A stretch of 64,000 nt of DNA from an uncultured Nitrososphaerales archaeon (GTDB lineage: Archaea; Thermoproteota; Nitrososphaeria; Nitrososphaerales; Gagatemarchaeaceae): contig OY970160.1 in the NCBI GenBank assembly GCA_963706445.1, forward strand, positions 992,001-1,056,000, written 5' to 3'. This document shows, one piece after another, positions 17,379 through 27,120 of the stretch (positions are counted from its first letter, which is position 1; every line of letters begins with the position of its first letter). The translations under genes were made by a program, and so were the position numbers. The notes beneath the pieces are model-generated. The model was not told the origin of the DNA. It saw only the letters and a program-made list of their open reading frames with translations, and ran no database searches.

Positions 17379-18104
17379 GAGGGGCCGTCGATGTGGCCCG
17401 CTTATATGCTCGCTCGGCCCCAAGTCTCGTTTTATCCTGGCCAGAACCTCAAGCAGCATCGTCTGCGTGAGCTTCCCTGTGTTCGTATTGCGAGGGCTTG
17501 GGTGATAGCTGCTGTAGAGCGTTGGGCACTCGGGGAATCTGTGAATCCCACCGTGGGAGAATACGGGTCGGCCTACTGACACCCCTTTCCCCTTCAGGTG
17601 TACCACGTAGGCTCTGAACGCCATCGAACCGAGCGCCAGGACAGCCGTGAGGTTTCTCATGAGAGTGATCTCAGCATCAAGGTATGAGGAACAATTGGCG
17701 AACTCATCCCCGGTGGGCTTGTCTCCCGGTGGGGCACATTTCACTGCAGCGGTAAGATAGCAATCAGTGTACAATAGCCCATCCTCGACTGATTCGGATT
17801 TCGGTTGGTTGGCGAAGCCTGCCGAGTGGAGGGCCGCGACCAGGAACCTGCTCGACGCATCACCGGTGAAGATACGCCCTGTGCGGGCACCACCCTGAGT
17901 AGCCGGGGCGAGCCCAAGGAGGAGGACCCTGCCATCCAAGTCTCCGAACCCTGGCACGGGCTTCCGCCAGTAGGTCTGGCCAGCGTAGGAGGCCCTAGGT
18001 TTGATGCCTTCTCTGTATTCTACCAGTCGAGGACAGCGCCTGCAGTTGGTGATCTTCTCCCGGAGTTCGACGGCCGATGCGGATTGGCGCACTCGGCGGT
18101 TCAT
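17364..18104 (-). CDS. Uracil-DNA glycosylase, Fe-S family 5 (UdgB-like)
   Basis: CRRCPRL, PVPGFGD, GLAPA..G..RTGR.FTGD.S, AVKCAPP.DKP and SYHPSPRNTNTG motifs. Confidence 0.92.
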   Translation of the reverse strand: MNRRVRQSASAVELREKITNCRRCPRLVEYREGIKPRASYAGQTYWRKPVPGFGDLDGRVLLLGLAPATQGGARTGRIFTGDASSRFLVAALHSAGFANQPKSESVEDGLLYTDCYLTAAVKCAPPGDKPTGDEFANCSSYLDAEITLMRNLTAVLALGSMAFRAYVVHLKGKGVSVGRPVFSHGGIHRFPECPTLYSSYHPSPRNTNTGKLTQTMLLEVLARIKRDLGPSEHISGPHRRPLGPVA

Positions 18105-19696
18105 TTCCCGATGGCTTCGAGCAAAGCTTTACTGACGGCGGCATTCCCTGCATCGATGATATAGGGTCCCAATCTCGGCCCCTTGTTCGAACCAAGCAGA
18201 ATAGAGTAGATAATCGGAAAGAACTCCGCGGGCTTGAGCCCGTTCCCCTTCGCAACGTCAAAGGCGGCGTTCTGAATGGCGTCCGCGTCCTTGGCACCCT
18301 GCAGGGCGTTAGCAAAGTCTTCGACTGCCTTTCTGGCCAAGGGGTCAACCTCCGGTCTTTCCACCGGGGCTGCTCCTTCCCTCCTTGCCCACTTTGCCGC
18401 CCACGCTATGCGCGTCGACAGCTCAGGTACCAGTCCCGTGACCATGCCGTAGATTGCCAGCCTCTTGACGACGAACTCTTCCACGGCGCCAGGAGGTGCG
18501 ACCTGTGCGAGCTGGGCGAGGAGTCGGTAAGGGACATGAACCCCTTTGGCCTTGGGAGTCTTGAGCAGCATTGCGTACTCGTAGAGCCCCTTGAGTCTGG
18601 CGTCCTTCAGCTGATTAGGGGCTTTCTTCTTAGAGAAGTAGTACTCCTCGAGGTCGTTGAACTCGTCCATGTAGAAGGAGACGTCTGCTATCGAGACGTT
18701 CCTAGCGCCGATTATCCGCTTGTACATCAGCAGCCGTAGGCTCTCCGGAGAGGCGTATTCCAGCCACTCGACGGGGGTAACGAGGTTGCCCGTCGACTTT
18801 GACATCTTCCTTCCCGACTTGTCTTGGAACAGCTCGTATCTCGCATGGTAGGGGGGAGGGTAGTCCAGGATGTTCTCAGCGATCCAGTCGTTGATCTTGA
18901 CCGAGTCTGTGAGCTCCTTGCCGTAGGCCTCGAACCTGATGTCGAAGGCGGACCACCTGGCCGCGAACTCGACTTTCCACATGAGCTTCCCTTCGCCGTC
19001 GGTTATCTTCACGTCCCCTTCGTGGCCGCACCCCTCGACGACCTTCCCTCCAAGGTTAGTTCCGGAGCACTTGTAGTGCACGGCGTCTTTCTTCGGGTCA
19101 AAGGAAACAGCTTGCGTCACGTAGATCCTTTTGCAGTTCTTGCAGACGGGGGTGTAGGGAAGCGCAGCCTCGTACTTGTCCTGGCCGACCAGCTCGTTGA
19201 TCTTCTTGCCGATGGCTTTTGATTCTGTAAGGATCTTGCGGATCTGGTCATTGAGCCTCCCGGACTTGTATGCCTCGCTCCCGCTCTGGAAGGTGTAGAC
19301 GATGCCCAGCTTGTCCAGGGATTCGCGCAGTAATGAGCCGACGTGCTCGGCGTAGGAGGAATGGCATTCGAAGGGGTCGGGGACCCTGGAGACCGGGTGC
19401 GAGATATAGTCCTTGAGCCAGGCCGGGAATCCAGCGGGGACCTTCCTCAGGCCGTCGAAGTCGTCAGAATAAGCGATGAGTTCAGACTTGTAGCCCAACG
19501 TCTCCAGAGCCATCTTGACCCCGTAGCTCCTGATCGCATCCCCCACGCTCCCGATGTGTGGAAGGCCGGAGGCGCCGAGACCGCTCTCGACCCTAACGAG
19601 AGAAAGCTTTCGGCCCAGCTTATTCTCCCGCTCTACAGTTTCTTGAGCGACCTTGTCAAGCCAGGTGCCCCTGCCTATGATGCTGACCTGCTCCAA
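18101..19696 (-). CDS. lysS: Lysine--tRNA ligase, class I
   Basis: SGLPHIGS (HIGH), FEAYGKE, KMSKS, C-terminal GPRLG anticodon domain. Confidence 0.95.
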   Translation of the reverse strand: MEQVSIIGRGTWLDKVAQETVERENKLGRKLSLVRVESGLGASGLPHIGSVGDAIRSYGVKMALETLGYKSELIAYSDDFDGLRKVPAGFPAWLKDYISHPVSRVPDPFECHSSYAEHVGSLLRESLDKLGIVYTFQSGSEAYKSGRLNDQIRKILTESKAIGKKINELVGQDKYEAALPYTPVCKNCKRIYVTQAVSFDPKKDAVHYKCSGTNLGGKVVEGCGHEGDVKITDGEGKLMWKVEFAARWSAFDIRFEAYGKELTDSVKINDWIAENILDYPPPYHARYELFQDKSGRKMSKSTGNLVTPVEWLEYASPESLRLLMYKRIIGARNVSIADVSFYMDEFNDLEEYYFSKKKAPNQLKDARLKGLYEYAMLLKTPKAKGVHVPYRLLAQLAQVAPPGAVEEFVVKRLAIYGMVTGLVPELSTRIAWAAKWARREGAAPVERPEVDPLARKAVEDFANALQGAKDADAIQNAAFDVAKGNGLKPAEFFPIIYSILLGSNKGPRLGPYIIDAGNAAVSKALLEAIGK

Positions 19697-19737
19697 TCCT
19701 TCTGAGAGGCTGCCGTTCTGCGGTAATTAGCCTTCCC

Positions 19738-21957
19738 CTAGCGATAGTAGGGGACGGCGACCTTCTCCAAGGGCTTGCCCTCCCTGGACGACCTTACCTT
19801 CTTGATGGCGTCCGCGAAATGCTCCATTAGGACGATGGCCTCGTCCACGTGCTTCTTCGCGTCTTCGGGCTTCGGGTACTTTGTGATGAATCCCTGGAGG
19901 ACGATGGACACAGCGGTGTTTGTCAGCGAAGCCATGTCCGCGCCGCTGAAGCCTTCGGTCATATCGACCACCCGGTCGAGGTCCACGTCCTTAGCGATGG
20001 GGACTCCCTTGGTGTGTATCTTCAGGATCTCCTTCCTCGCTGGCTTGTCGGGGAGCGGAATCTGGATGAGTTTGTCGAACCTCCCCGCCCTAAGGAGAGC
20101 GGCGTCGACGATGTCTATCCTGTTGGTGGCCGCCAACACTACGACCCCGGTCAGGTTCTGGACTCCGTCGAGCTCCGTAAGGAGTTGGCTCACGACACGT
20201 TCAGTTACCATGCTGTCTCCGCCCAGCCCTCTGGTGGGTGCTAGTGCGTCGACTTCGTCGAAGAATATCACGCAGGGCGAGGCCTGCCTGGCTCGTCTGA
20301 ACACTTCCCTGATTCCACGCTCTGACTCTCCGACCCACTTGCTGAGGAGCTCCGGACCTCTGACGCTGATGAAGTTAGCCTCGCTCTCAGTGGCGACAGC
20401 CTTCGCTAGCAGGGTCTTGCCGGTGCCCGAGGGACCGTAGAGCATTATCCCCTTTGGCATGCTGTAGCCTATCTTGTCGTAAAGGTCAGGGTACTTCAGC
20501 GGCCACTCGACAGCCTCCTGAAGCTCCTTCTTCACGCCTTCCAGGCCTCCGATTTCGGACCACTTCACATCGGGGGTCTCGAGGTATACTTCGCGCATTG
20601 CTGATGGCATTACGTCCTTGAGGGCGCCCTCAAAGTCCTCCATGGTCACGATCAGCTTGTCCAGGGTCTCAGGGCTTAGCCTGTCCTCTTCCAGCTTGAT
20701 GTCTGGGAGGTTCCTCCTCAAGGTCTTCATGGCTGCCTCCTTGCATAGGTATTCCAGGTCTGCCCCGACGAAGCCGTGGGTAACTGCCGCAAGCTTCTCC
20801 AGGTCGACTACCTTGGCTCCCGTCCCGTGCTTGTCGTCACCTGCCTCAAGAGGCATGTGCCTGGTGTGGATCTGAAGGATCTCCAGCCTTCCGCGCTTGT
20901 CTGGGACCTTTATCTCAATCTCCCTGTCGAACCTACCGGGCCTTCTGAGGGCGGGGTCGATGGCGTTGGGGCGGTTCGTCGCCGCTATGACTATGACCTT
21001 CCCTCTCGCCTCCAGCCCGTCCATCAGAGATAGGAGCTGGCTTACGACTCTCCTCTCGACCTCGCCGGTGACCTCTTCTCTCTTGGGGGCGATAGAGTCG
21101 ATCTCGTCGATAAATATGATAGTCGGAGCCTTCTCCTTCGCTTCCTTGAATATCTCCCTGAGCCTGGCCTCGGACTCTCCGTAGAACTTGCTCATTATCT
21201 CCGGGCCGCTGATTGGAATGAAGTGTGCGTTGCTCTCCGTGGCAACTGCCTTCGCCAAAAGCGTCTTCCCAGTTCCAGGCGGGCCGTAAAGTAGAATCCC
21301 CTTCGGCGCCTCGACTCCAAGTTTCTCGAATATCTCAGGGTGCCTGAGCGGGAGTTCGATCATCTCCCTTACTTTCTGGATCTCGTCCTTTAGACCGCCG
21401 ATGTCCTCGTAGGTGACCTGGGGGACTCCTCGGAGTGCTTCTCCCTTCTCGGAGATTACAAAGACTGTCCTCTGAGTGATCAGTGCGGCGTCGGCGACCG
21501 GGCTGACTCCCACGACCTGGAAGGTCAGCCTACCACCGAAGTATGGGATCATGATGTTGTCTCCCTTCGTCACCGGGACGCTCTCAAGTGCGTCGGCGAG
21601 ATATCGTTCGTCTATGGGCGGGACCGCCTCCAACGGCGCGACGACAACCTTCTCGGCCGGTGGCGCCTTCACTTTCTTTACCACGACTACGTCCCCGATG
21701 GCGACCCCCGCGTTGTTGCGGATGAGCCCGTCGATCCTTACTATCCCCCGTCCTTCGTCTGATGGGTAGAGAGGCAGACACTTTGCGACTGTCCTCCTCT
21801 TTCCTTTGATCTCTATGACATCGCCAGTAGAAGCGTCTAGGGCGTCCATGGCGTCGTAGTCGATCCTCGCAACACCGCGTCCAACGTCGCGTGTGTATGC
21901 CTCTAGAACCTTAAGCTGGACTTGCTGCTGACTCACGCCCGACCCACTCTCAGACAA
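19738..21957 (-). CDS. cdc48: CDC48/p97 AAA+ ATPase
   Basis: N domain plus two AAA modules ([16 protein letters not shown]; DEID/DEVD; RRPGRFDR); C-terminal PYYR HbYX-like tail. Confidence 0.96.
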   Translation of the reverse strand: MSESGSGVSQQQVQLKVLEAYTRDVGRGVARIDYDAMDALDASTGDVIEIKGKRRTVAKCLPLYPSDEGRGIVRIDGLIRNNAGVAIGDVVVVKKVKAPPAEKVVVAPLEAVPPIDERYLADALESVPVTKGDNIMIPYFGGRLTFQVVGVSPVADAALITQRTVFVISEKGEALRGVPQVTYEDIGGLKDEIQKVREMIELPLRHPEIFEKLGVEAPKGILLYGPPGTGKTLLAKAVATESNAHFIPISGPEIMSKFYGESEARLREIFKEAKEKAPTIIFIDEIDSIAPKREEVTGEVERRVVSQLLSLMDGLEARGKVIVIAATNRPNAIDPALRRPGRFDREIEIKVPDKRGRLEILQIHTRHMPLEAGDDKHGTGAKVVDLEKLAAVTHGFVGADLEYLCKEAAMKTLRRNLPDIKLEEDRLSPETLDKLIVTMEDFEGALKDVMPSAMREVYLETPDVKWSEIGGLEGVKKELQEAVEWPLKYPDLYDKIGYSMPKGIMLYGPSGTGKTLLAKAVATESEANFISVRGPELLSKWVGESERGIREVFRRARQASPCVIFFDEVDALAPTRGLGGDSMVTERVVSQLLTELDGVQNLTGVVVLAATNRIDIVDAALLRAGRFDKLIQIPLPDKPARKEILKIHTKGVPIAKDVDLDRVVDMTEGFSGADMASLTNTAVSIVLQGFITKYPKPEDAKKHVDEAIVLMEHFADAIKKVRSSREGKPLEKVAVPYYR

Positions 21958-22456
21958 CGTTTACTCTCTTGAAGCCCTTATTAGCCTTGTCCTTCAATGA
22001 GAACGAAATTTCAAGCATTCCATTTTTGTATTCAGCCTTACCGCTTTCTGGACGGATAGGAGCCTTCAGTTCGATCTCCGACCTGTACTTCCTGTCTTCC
22101 CTTTCCGCCGTAATGACTGCACTTGCCTCGGTCGCTTCGACCTTGATGTTCTGCTTCTCGACCCCTGGCATTTCCAATAAGAGTCGGACGATTCCGTTCT
22201 TTTCGTCAACGACCTGTTCGCTGATGGGGGACCTGAATCCGTCACCCCGTATCGGATTGTTCCCGAAGACCTGCACAGATGGCTTTCCTTCCGGCCCGAG
22301 ATTGAAGGAGAAACCCGCCACGAAGGGCTTTGTCGGTGAGCCGTCCCCGTAGATGCTTTTCTTCACTGCATCTTCCATATCCTTCTGGAATCCGTCGAAG
22401 TAGCGCTCCATCTCATCGATGACATCTCTCAGATCTCGTCTCTTGTCTTCGCTCAT
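21950..22456 (-). CDS. hsp20: Archaeal small heat-shock protein Hsp20
   Basis: GFSFNLGPEGKP...FGN, EMPGVEK and AEYKNGMLEI alpha-crystallin motifs. Confidence 0.93.
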   Translation of the reverse strand: MSEDKRRDLRDVIDEMERYFDGFQKDMEDAVKKSIYGDGSPTKPFVAGFSFNLGPEGKPSVQVFGNNPIRGDGFRSPISEQVVDEKNGIVRLLLEMPGVEKQNIKVEATEASAVITAEREDRKYRSEIELKAPIRPESGKAEYKNGMLEISFSLKDKANKGFKRVNVV

Positions 22457-22484
22457 CTAGTTCACGACGTGTTAATTACCCTTG

Positions 22485-22501
22485 TATTAAACCCTTTAAT
22501 A
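22485..22501. promoter_or_regulatory. Palindromic back-to-back TATA boxes of the divergent hsp20-cdc48 / wHTH-surE promoters
   Basis: Perfect inverted repeat TATTAAA-CCC-TTTAATA, 25-30 nt from each start codon. Confidence 0.6.
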
Positions 22502-22525
22502 AATCATTCTCTGGGATAGTAGTCG

Positions 22526-23131
22526 TTGAGACCCGCGGCACTTGGCGAAGTCCTATCTTCTCGGGTGAGATTGAGGATTATGGACGCGCTTTCGCTCCGA
22601 CCCCGTACCCTGAACGAACTCTCAACAGTCGCAGAGATATCGGTGCAGGGGGTGATACGCCATCTGAACCGACTTGAGAAGGAAGGGCTCGTCGAGGAGC
22701 GGAAGGTTACGGCGAACTCCCCGAGGGCCCGCATAGTCTACGCGGCCAAAGACTACCTGATTGGGGACTATTCCATTGGGGACCTGACCATCGTGAAGGC
22801 GAGCGAAAGGAATGAGGCAGGATCAGAGAAGAGCGGCGTTTCAGACTACGAAGGGCTTGCTGGGGAGATTCTCATACAGCGTAGGCGCATTGCGGATCAG
22901 GCGAGGAGGCTCGGAAGGTCCATCGACGACCTCGTCGCCGACACGCAGGCCCTGATCAAGGCACCCCAAGGCATGCCTCTGAGCGAAGACGAGCGGCTAA
23001 TCCTGACAGTGGTGCTGACCGAAGAAACAGTGGAAGAGGGGGAACGGGTCCTAGCGCGTTACTACGGGATTGAAGGGAGAAGGTCTATAGACGAAGCCCT
23101 GGCGAAGGCGAAGCATAGTGTCCGCAAGTAA
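22526..23131 (+). CDS. ArsR-like winged-HTH transcriptional regulator with coiled-coil C-terminus
   Basis: LSSRVRLRIMDALS.RPRTLNELS...ISVQGVIRHLNRLEKEGLV. Confidence 0.8.
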   Translation: MRPAALGEVLSSRVRLRIMDALSLRPRTLNELSTVAEISVQGVIRHLNRLEKEGLVEERKVTANSPRARIVYAAKDYLIGDYSIGDLTIVKASERNEAGSEKSGVSDYEGLAGEILIQRRRIADQARRLGRSIDDLVADTQALIKAPQGMPLSEDERLILTVVLTEETVEEGERVLARYYGIEGRRSIDEALAKAKHSVRK

Positions 23132-23972
23132 GAAGCTCGTGATGGTGACGAACGACGACAGCGTCCAGAGCAACGGCATACTCGAGCTCGCGAGGGCTGC
23201 AGGAAGGCACGCCGAGGCAATCATAGTCGCGCCGGAGCAGCCTCAGAGCGCCACGGCTCTCAGCATGACATTCCATAAGCCTCTGAGGGTCAACAAGGTC
23301 AGGCGGGAGCAGTTCGAATGCTACGCCGTGTCTGGATCCCCCGGGGACTGCGTGATGATTGGGGTAAACAAGCTCCTTCCAAGACGTCCGGACCTCGTGG
23401 TTTCAGGGATAAACATCGGGGACAACAACTCGTTCCAAGACATACTCGCGTCGGGGACGGTCGCCGCAGCCCTGGAGTCGGCGATCAGCGGGATCCCGGC
23501 CATCGCATTTTCGATGGAGGTGAGCGGGGAGTCGCTCTTCGCCCTCGAGTACGACCAGCCAGACTTCACAGGTGCAGGCATCATAGCGGGAGAAATCATA
23601 CGCGACGTCCTGGAGAACGGGATGCCGCAGGATGCGGAGATACTCAACGTCAACTTCCCCCCGCACGTCAAACCAGCGACCCCCATCATGCTGACCGAAG
23701 TCGCGCGCCGGAAGTACACCGACAAGGTGATCGTCAGGCGCGACCCCAGGGGAAGGGCATACTACTGGCTCTTCGGGGAAAAGCTTTCGCACTTCCCGCC
23801 AAACACAGATGCGGACGCGGTCCTCGTCAAGAGCAGCGTTTCCATTACCCCTATGGTACTGAGCATGTCAGGGCCGATCACAGACTCACTGGAGGAACTG
23901 CGTGAGAGGGTCCGAAAGAGATTGGATACGGCTCGCAGGCCGAGGCAAGCCAGGGGCCGGAGAGAAGGGTGA
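23118..23972 (+). CDS. surE: 5'/3'-nucleotidase SurE
   Basis: VTNDD, VAPE.PQSA, SGSPGDCV, VSGINIGDN, SGTVAAA.E, DPRGR.YYW. Confidence 0.95.
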   Translation: MSASKKLVMVTNDDSVQSNGILELARAAGRHAEAIIVAPEQPQSATALSMTFHKPLRVNKVRREQFECYAVSGSPGDCVMIGVNKLLPRRPDLVVSGINIGDNNSFQDILASGTVAAALESAISGIPAIAFSMEVSGESLFALEYDQPDFTGAGIIAGEIIRDVLENGMPQDAEILNVNFPPHVKPATPIMLTEVARRKYTDKVIVRRDPRGRAYYWLFGEKLSHFPPNTDADAVLVKSSVSITPMVLSMSGPITDSLEELRERVRKRLDTARRPRQARGRREG

Positions 23973-24487
23973 GGCAGCAGACGGCGGTCGGCGCGTCCTT
24001 GACGTGGAGCGCCATCGAATCCAAGATGAAGGTCGTACGTCTGACGCTGCCCTTGCAAATTCTGGTCCCTATGCTTCTGGTCCCATCCCTCCCGAAGAAC
24101 ACCCGTGGGCTGACCCTATTCCCCGGGCGGATGGGGCTGGTTATCGGCTCGTTGATGATAACGGCGAGCATTCTCGTGGGCGGGCTACTTGTCCGTTCGA
24201 CCGGACCTTGGGGAGCCGTGCTTTCGTTTTGGGTCCTCGGGACCGGGGGAGCCGTGATGGTGTTCGTCTCCCAGAGTCCGACCGCATTCGTCAAACCGAT
24301 ATGCGTGGGATGCAGGCTACTCCCTGTAATCAAGGAGCACGAAGCGATTCATCTGTCCGGGGTAGCCAGCGAGAAGGCCGTGTGGGATTCCATGAAGACC
24401 AGGCACAGCGTGGAGAGTCTTTCGCTCCGGGGAGACCCTGCCATCTGTTCCTTCTGCCCCATCCCCAAGCGGCTCTCAGAGCACTAA
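23969..24487 (+). CDS. Hypothetical membrane protein with CxxC...HExxH...CxxC
   Basis: Two TM helices, then CVGC, HEAIH and CSFC; fills the gap between surE and ABCE1. Confidence 0.6.
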   Translation: MRQQTAVGASLTWSAIESKMKVVRLTLPLQILVPMLLVPSLPKNTRGLTLFPGRMGLVIGSLMITASILVGGLLVRSTGPWGAVLSFWVLGTGGAVMVFVSQSPTAFVKPICVGCRLLPVIKEHEAIHLSGVASEKAVWDSMKTRHSVESLSLRGDPAICSFCPIPKRLSEH

Positions 24488-24497
24488 GGCTTTCGCC

Positions 24498-26309
24498 ATG
24501 ACGCATAGAATCGCTGTAGTAGATGATGACTTGTGCCAAAGCAAGAAGTGCGGCCTGGAGTGCATCAAGGAGTGCCCCGTGAACATCAACGGCCAGGAGT
24601 GCATCGTCCTCGACGAGAAGAAGGTCAGCCTGATCTCAGAGGAGCTCTGCATCGGGTGCGGGATCTGCGTCAAGGTCTGTCCCTTCGACGCCATCGACAT
24701 CCTGAACCTGAGCGAGGAGCTGAAGAGCGAGAAGATCCATCAGTACGGGGTAAATTCCTTCCGTCTGTTCCGTATCCCTACAGTGAGGAGGGGACAGGTC
24801 GTAGGCCTCGTCGGGAGGAACGGCATCGGCAAGTCTACTGCACTGAAAATACTCGCCGGACAGCTTGTCCCCAACCTTGGTGACTACGAAGGGAAGGCGA
24901 CCTGGGACAGGTTCCTGAAGTATCTGAGTGGGAGGGAGATGAAGGAGCACTTCGAGAGGATTGCGGCCGGGGAACTCCGGGTTTCTCTCAAGCCGCAGGC
25001 GGTCTACAAGCTCCCCGAGGCTTGGAAGAAGGAGACAGAACTCCTGCTAAAGCAGATGGACGAAAGGAGAAAGATGGAAGAAGTGGTCGAGACCCTGAAC
25101 CTGAAGGAGACCCTGAAGAAGAAGGTCCCAGACCTCAGCGGTGGGGAGCTCCAGAGAGTGGCGGTGGCAGCGGCCGCGCTCAAGGACGCGGACCTCTACC
25201 TCTTCGACGAGCCCTCCTCCTACAACGACGTGTACCAGAGGCTCGCGGTCTCGAGGCTCATCACCCAGATTGCCGAGTCCGGCAAATCGGTCCTCGTGGT
25301 GGAGCACGACATTACGTTCCTCGATTACGTGACCAACTACGTCCAGATAATCTACGGAGAGCCCGGAGCCTACGGGATAGTGTCGGGGCTATACGCATCC
25401 CGGACGGGAATCAACGCCCTGCTGGACGGGTACCTCCCCCAGGAGAACATCAGGTTCCGCGACCACGCCGTCTCTTTTGGCCAGAGGGCGGCCGGCGAAA
25501 CCGTGGAGAGCGAAGAGGTGGTCGCGAAGTACACCAAGCTGCAGAAGTCCTTCCCGTCGTTCAAGCTGACGGTCGAGTCGGGGTCGATCAACCGGGGGAC
25601 GATCCTCGGGGTGGTCGGGGCGAACGCCCTCGGGAAGACGACGTTCATCAAGATGCTCGCCGGCGAGGAGAGGCCTGCCAAGGGGACGGTCCACATCGAC
25701 GCCAAAGTTGCTTACAAGCCGCAGTACCTTAGCTCGGAGTTCGACGGCACGGTCGACGAGTTCTTCACGTCCACCCTCGGGACGAAGTACACAGACCCAG
25801 TCCTCCAGGACAGCCTAGTCGTCCCCCTGAGAATGGAGAAGCTCCTCGCGAGGCGGATGGGGGAGTTGAGCGGCGGCGAGCTGCAGAAGGTGGCCATCGT
25901 CGCGACCATGGCCCAGGAGACAGACGTGTATGCCCTCGACGAGCCGTCGGCGTTCCTCGACGTCGAGGACAGGTTCGTGGTGGCTAGGGCGATCAACAGG
26001 ATGGTGAAAGCGAGGGGGAAGGCGTCCGTCATCATAGACCACGACCTCCAGGTGGTAGACATCGTCTCCGACAGGCTGCTCGTGTTCTCCGGGGAGCAGG
26101 GGGTCTCTGGAGATGCGACCCCGCCCCTGACCAAGAAGGAAGGGATGAACGAGTTCCTAAAGGAGGTGGGCCTCACCTACCGGAGGGACATCAACACCGG
26201 CAGGCCGCGGGTCAACAAGCCGGGGAGCAAGCTGGACAGGGAGCAGAAGGAGCGGGGGACATACTACTATGTCTCCGCCCAGAGGGAAGAAAGTGCCCCG
26301 GCTGATTAG
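24498..26309 (+). CDS. rli: Ribosome recycling ATPase ABCE1/RLI
   Basis: N-terminal 2x[4Fe-4S] domain (CIGCGICVKVCPF), two ABC domains, GRPRVNKPGS.LDREQK. Confidence 0.96.
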   Translation: MTHRIAVVDDDLCQSKKCGLECIKECPVNINGQECIVLDEKKVSLISEELCIGCGICVKVCPFDAIDILNLSEELKSEKIHQYGVNSFRLFRIPTVRRGQVVGLVGRNGIGKSTALKILAGQLVPNLGDYEGKATWDRFLKYLSGREMKEHFERIAAGELRVSLKPQAVYKLPEAWKKETELLLKQMDERRKMEEVVETLNLKETLKKKVPDLSGGELQRVAVAAAALKDADLYLFDEPSSYNDVYQRLAVSRLITQIAESGKSVLVVEHDITFLDYVTNYVQIIYGEPGAYGIVSGLYASRTGINALLDGYLPQENIRFRDHAVSFGQRAAGETVESEEVVAKYTKLQKSFPSFKLTVESGSINRGTILGVVGANALGKTTFIKMLAGEERPAKGTVHIDAKVAYKPQYLSSEFDGTVDEFFTSTLGTKYTDPVLQDSLVVPLRMEKLLARRMGELSGGELQKVAIVATMAQETDVYALDEPSAFLDVEDRFVVARAINRMVKARGKASVIIDHDLQVVDIVSDRLLVFSGEQGVSGDATPPLTKKEGMNEFLKEVGLTYRRDINTGRPRVNKPGSKLDREQKERGTYYYVSAQREESAPAD

Positions 26310-27120
26310 GAGCGCGCTCGATTCCGCCGGGGTCGAGGATGCAGGTCGGGCGTCGACGGGGGTCGACGTGATAGGGGACATTGCAATCGTACGGTTGGAG
26401 GGGTTCTCGCCGAAAGAAAAGAAGAAGGTCGCCCAGGCCCTCCTCGAGGAGATGAAGAACGTCAAGGTCGTGATGGAACAGGAGGGTGGGGTCGAGGGGG
26501 AGTTCAGGCTCAGGAAGCTGAGGCACGCCGCCGGCGAAAGGAGAACCCTGACGGAGCACAGAGAGAACGGCTGCAGGTTTAAAGTGGACGTGGCGAAGTG
26601 TTATTTCTCCCCGAGGCTATCGACCGAGAGGCTCAGGATCGCGAAGCTGGTCAAGCCTAAGGAGAAGGTCCTGAACATGTTCGCTGGTGTGGGACCATTC
26701 TCGATCCCAATCGCTAAGCTTGCCCGGGCGAAAGTCACCAGCTGCGAGCTGAACTCATACGCTGCGGAGCTGCACGTGGAAAACAATCTGATCAACAAGG
26801 TCGGCGGTCTCGTCACGGTCATCAACGCCGATGCGATGGACCTGCCTAAGGTAGTGAAGTCGAAGTTCGACAGGGTGCTGCTTCCCCTCCCCGAGAGTGC
26901 GGACGAATTCCTCCCCACGGCACTGAAGATGTCGAAGAGGGGCTCAATGATTCATTACTATCGCCATGTCCTCGGCAGAGACGAGATCGAAGCGTCCGAT
27001 TCGATTCGCGCGGAGCTTGTGGGCCTCCTACCCGCAGGGACGAAGTATGGGGTCAGAAAAGTGAGGGAAGTGGGGCCGAGGTGGGTCGAGTTGGCCGCCG
27101 ATATCCATGTGCGAGCCTAG
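26293..27120 (+). CDS. tRNA G37 methyltransferase, Trm5/TYW2 family
   Basis: DVIGDIAI, GEFRLR, HRENGC.FKVD, YFSPRL.TER, MFAGVGPF. Confidence 0.88.
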   Translation: MPRLIRSALDSAGVEDAGRASTGVDVIGDIAIVRLEGFSPKEKKKVAQALLEEMKNVKVVMEQEGGVEGEFRLRKLRHAAGERRTLTEHRENGCRFKVDVAKCYFSPRLSTERLRIAKLVKPKEKVLNMFAGVGPFSIPIAKLARAKVTSCELNSYAAELHVENNLINKVGGLVTVINADAMDLPKVVKSKFDRVLLPLPESADEFLPTALKMSKRGSMIHYYRHVLGRDEIEASDSIRAELVGLLPAGTKYGVRKVREVGPRWVELAADIHVRA

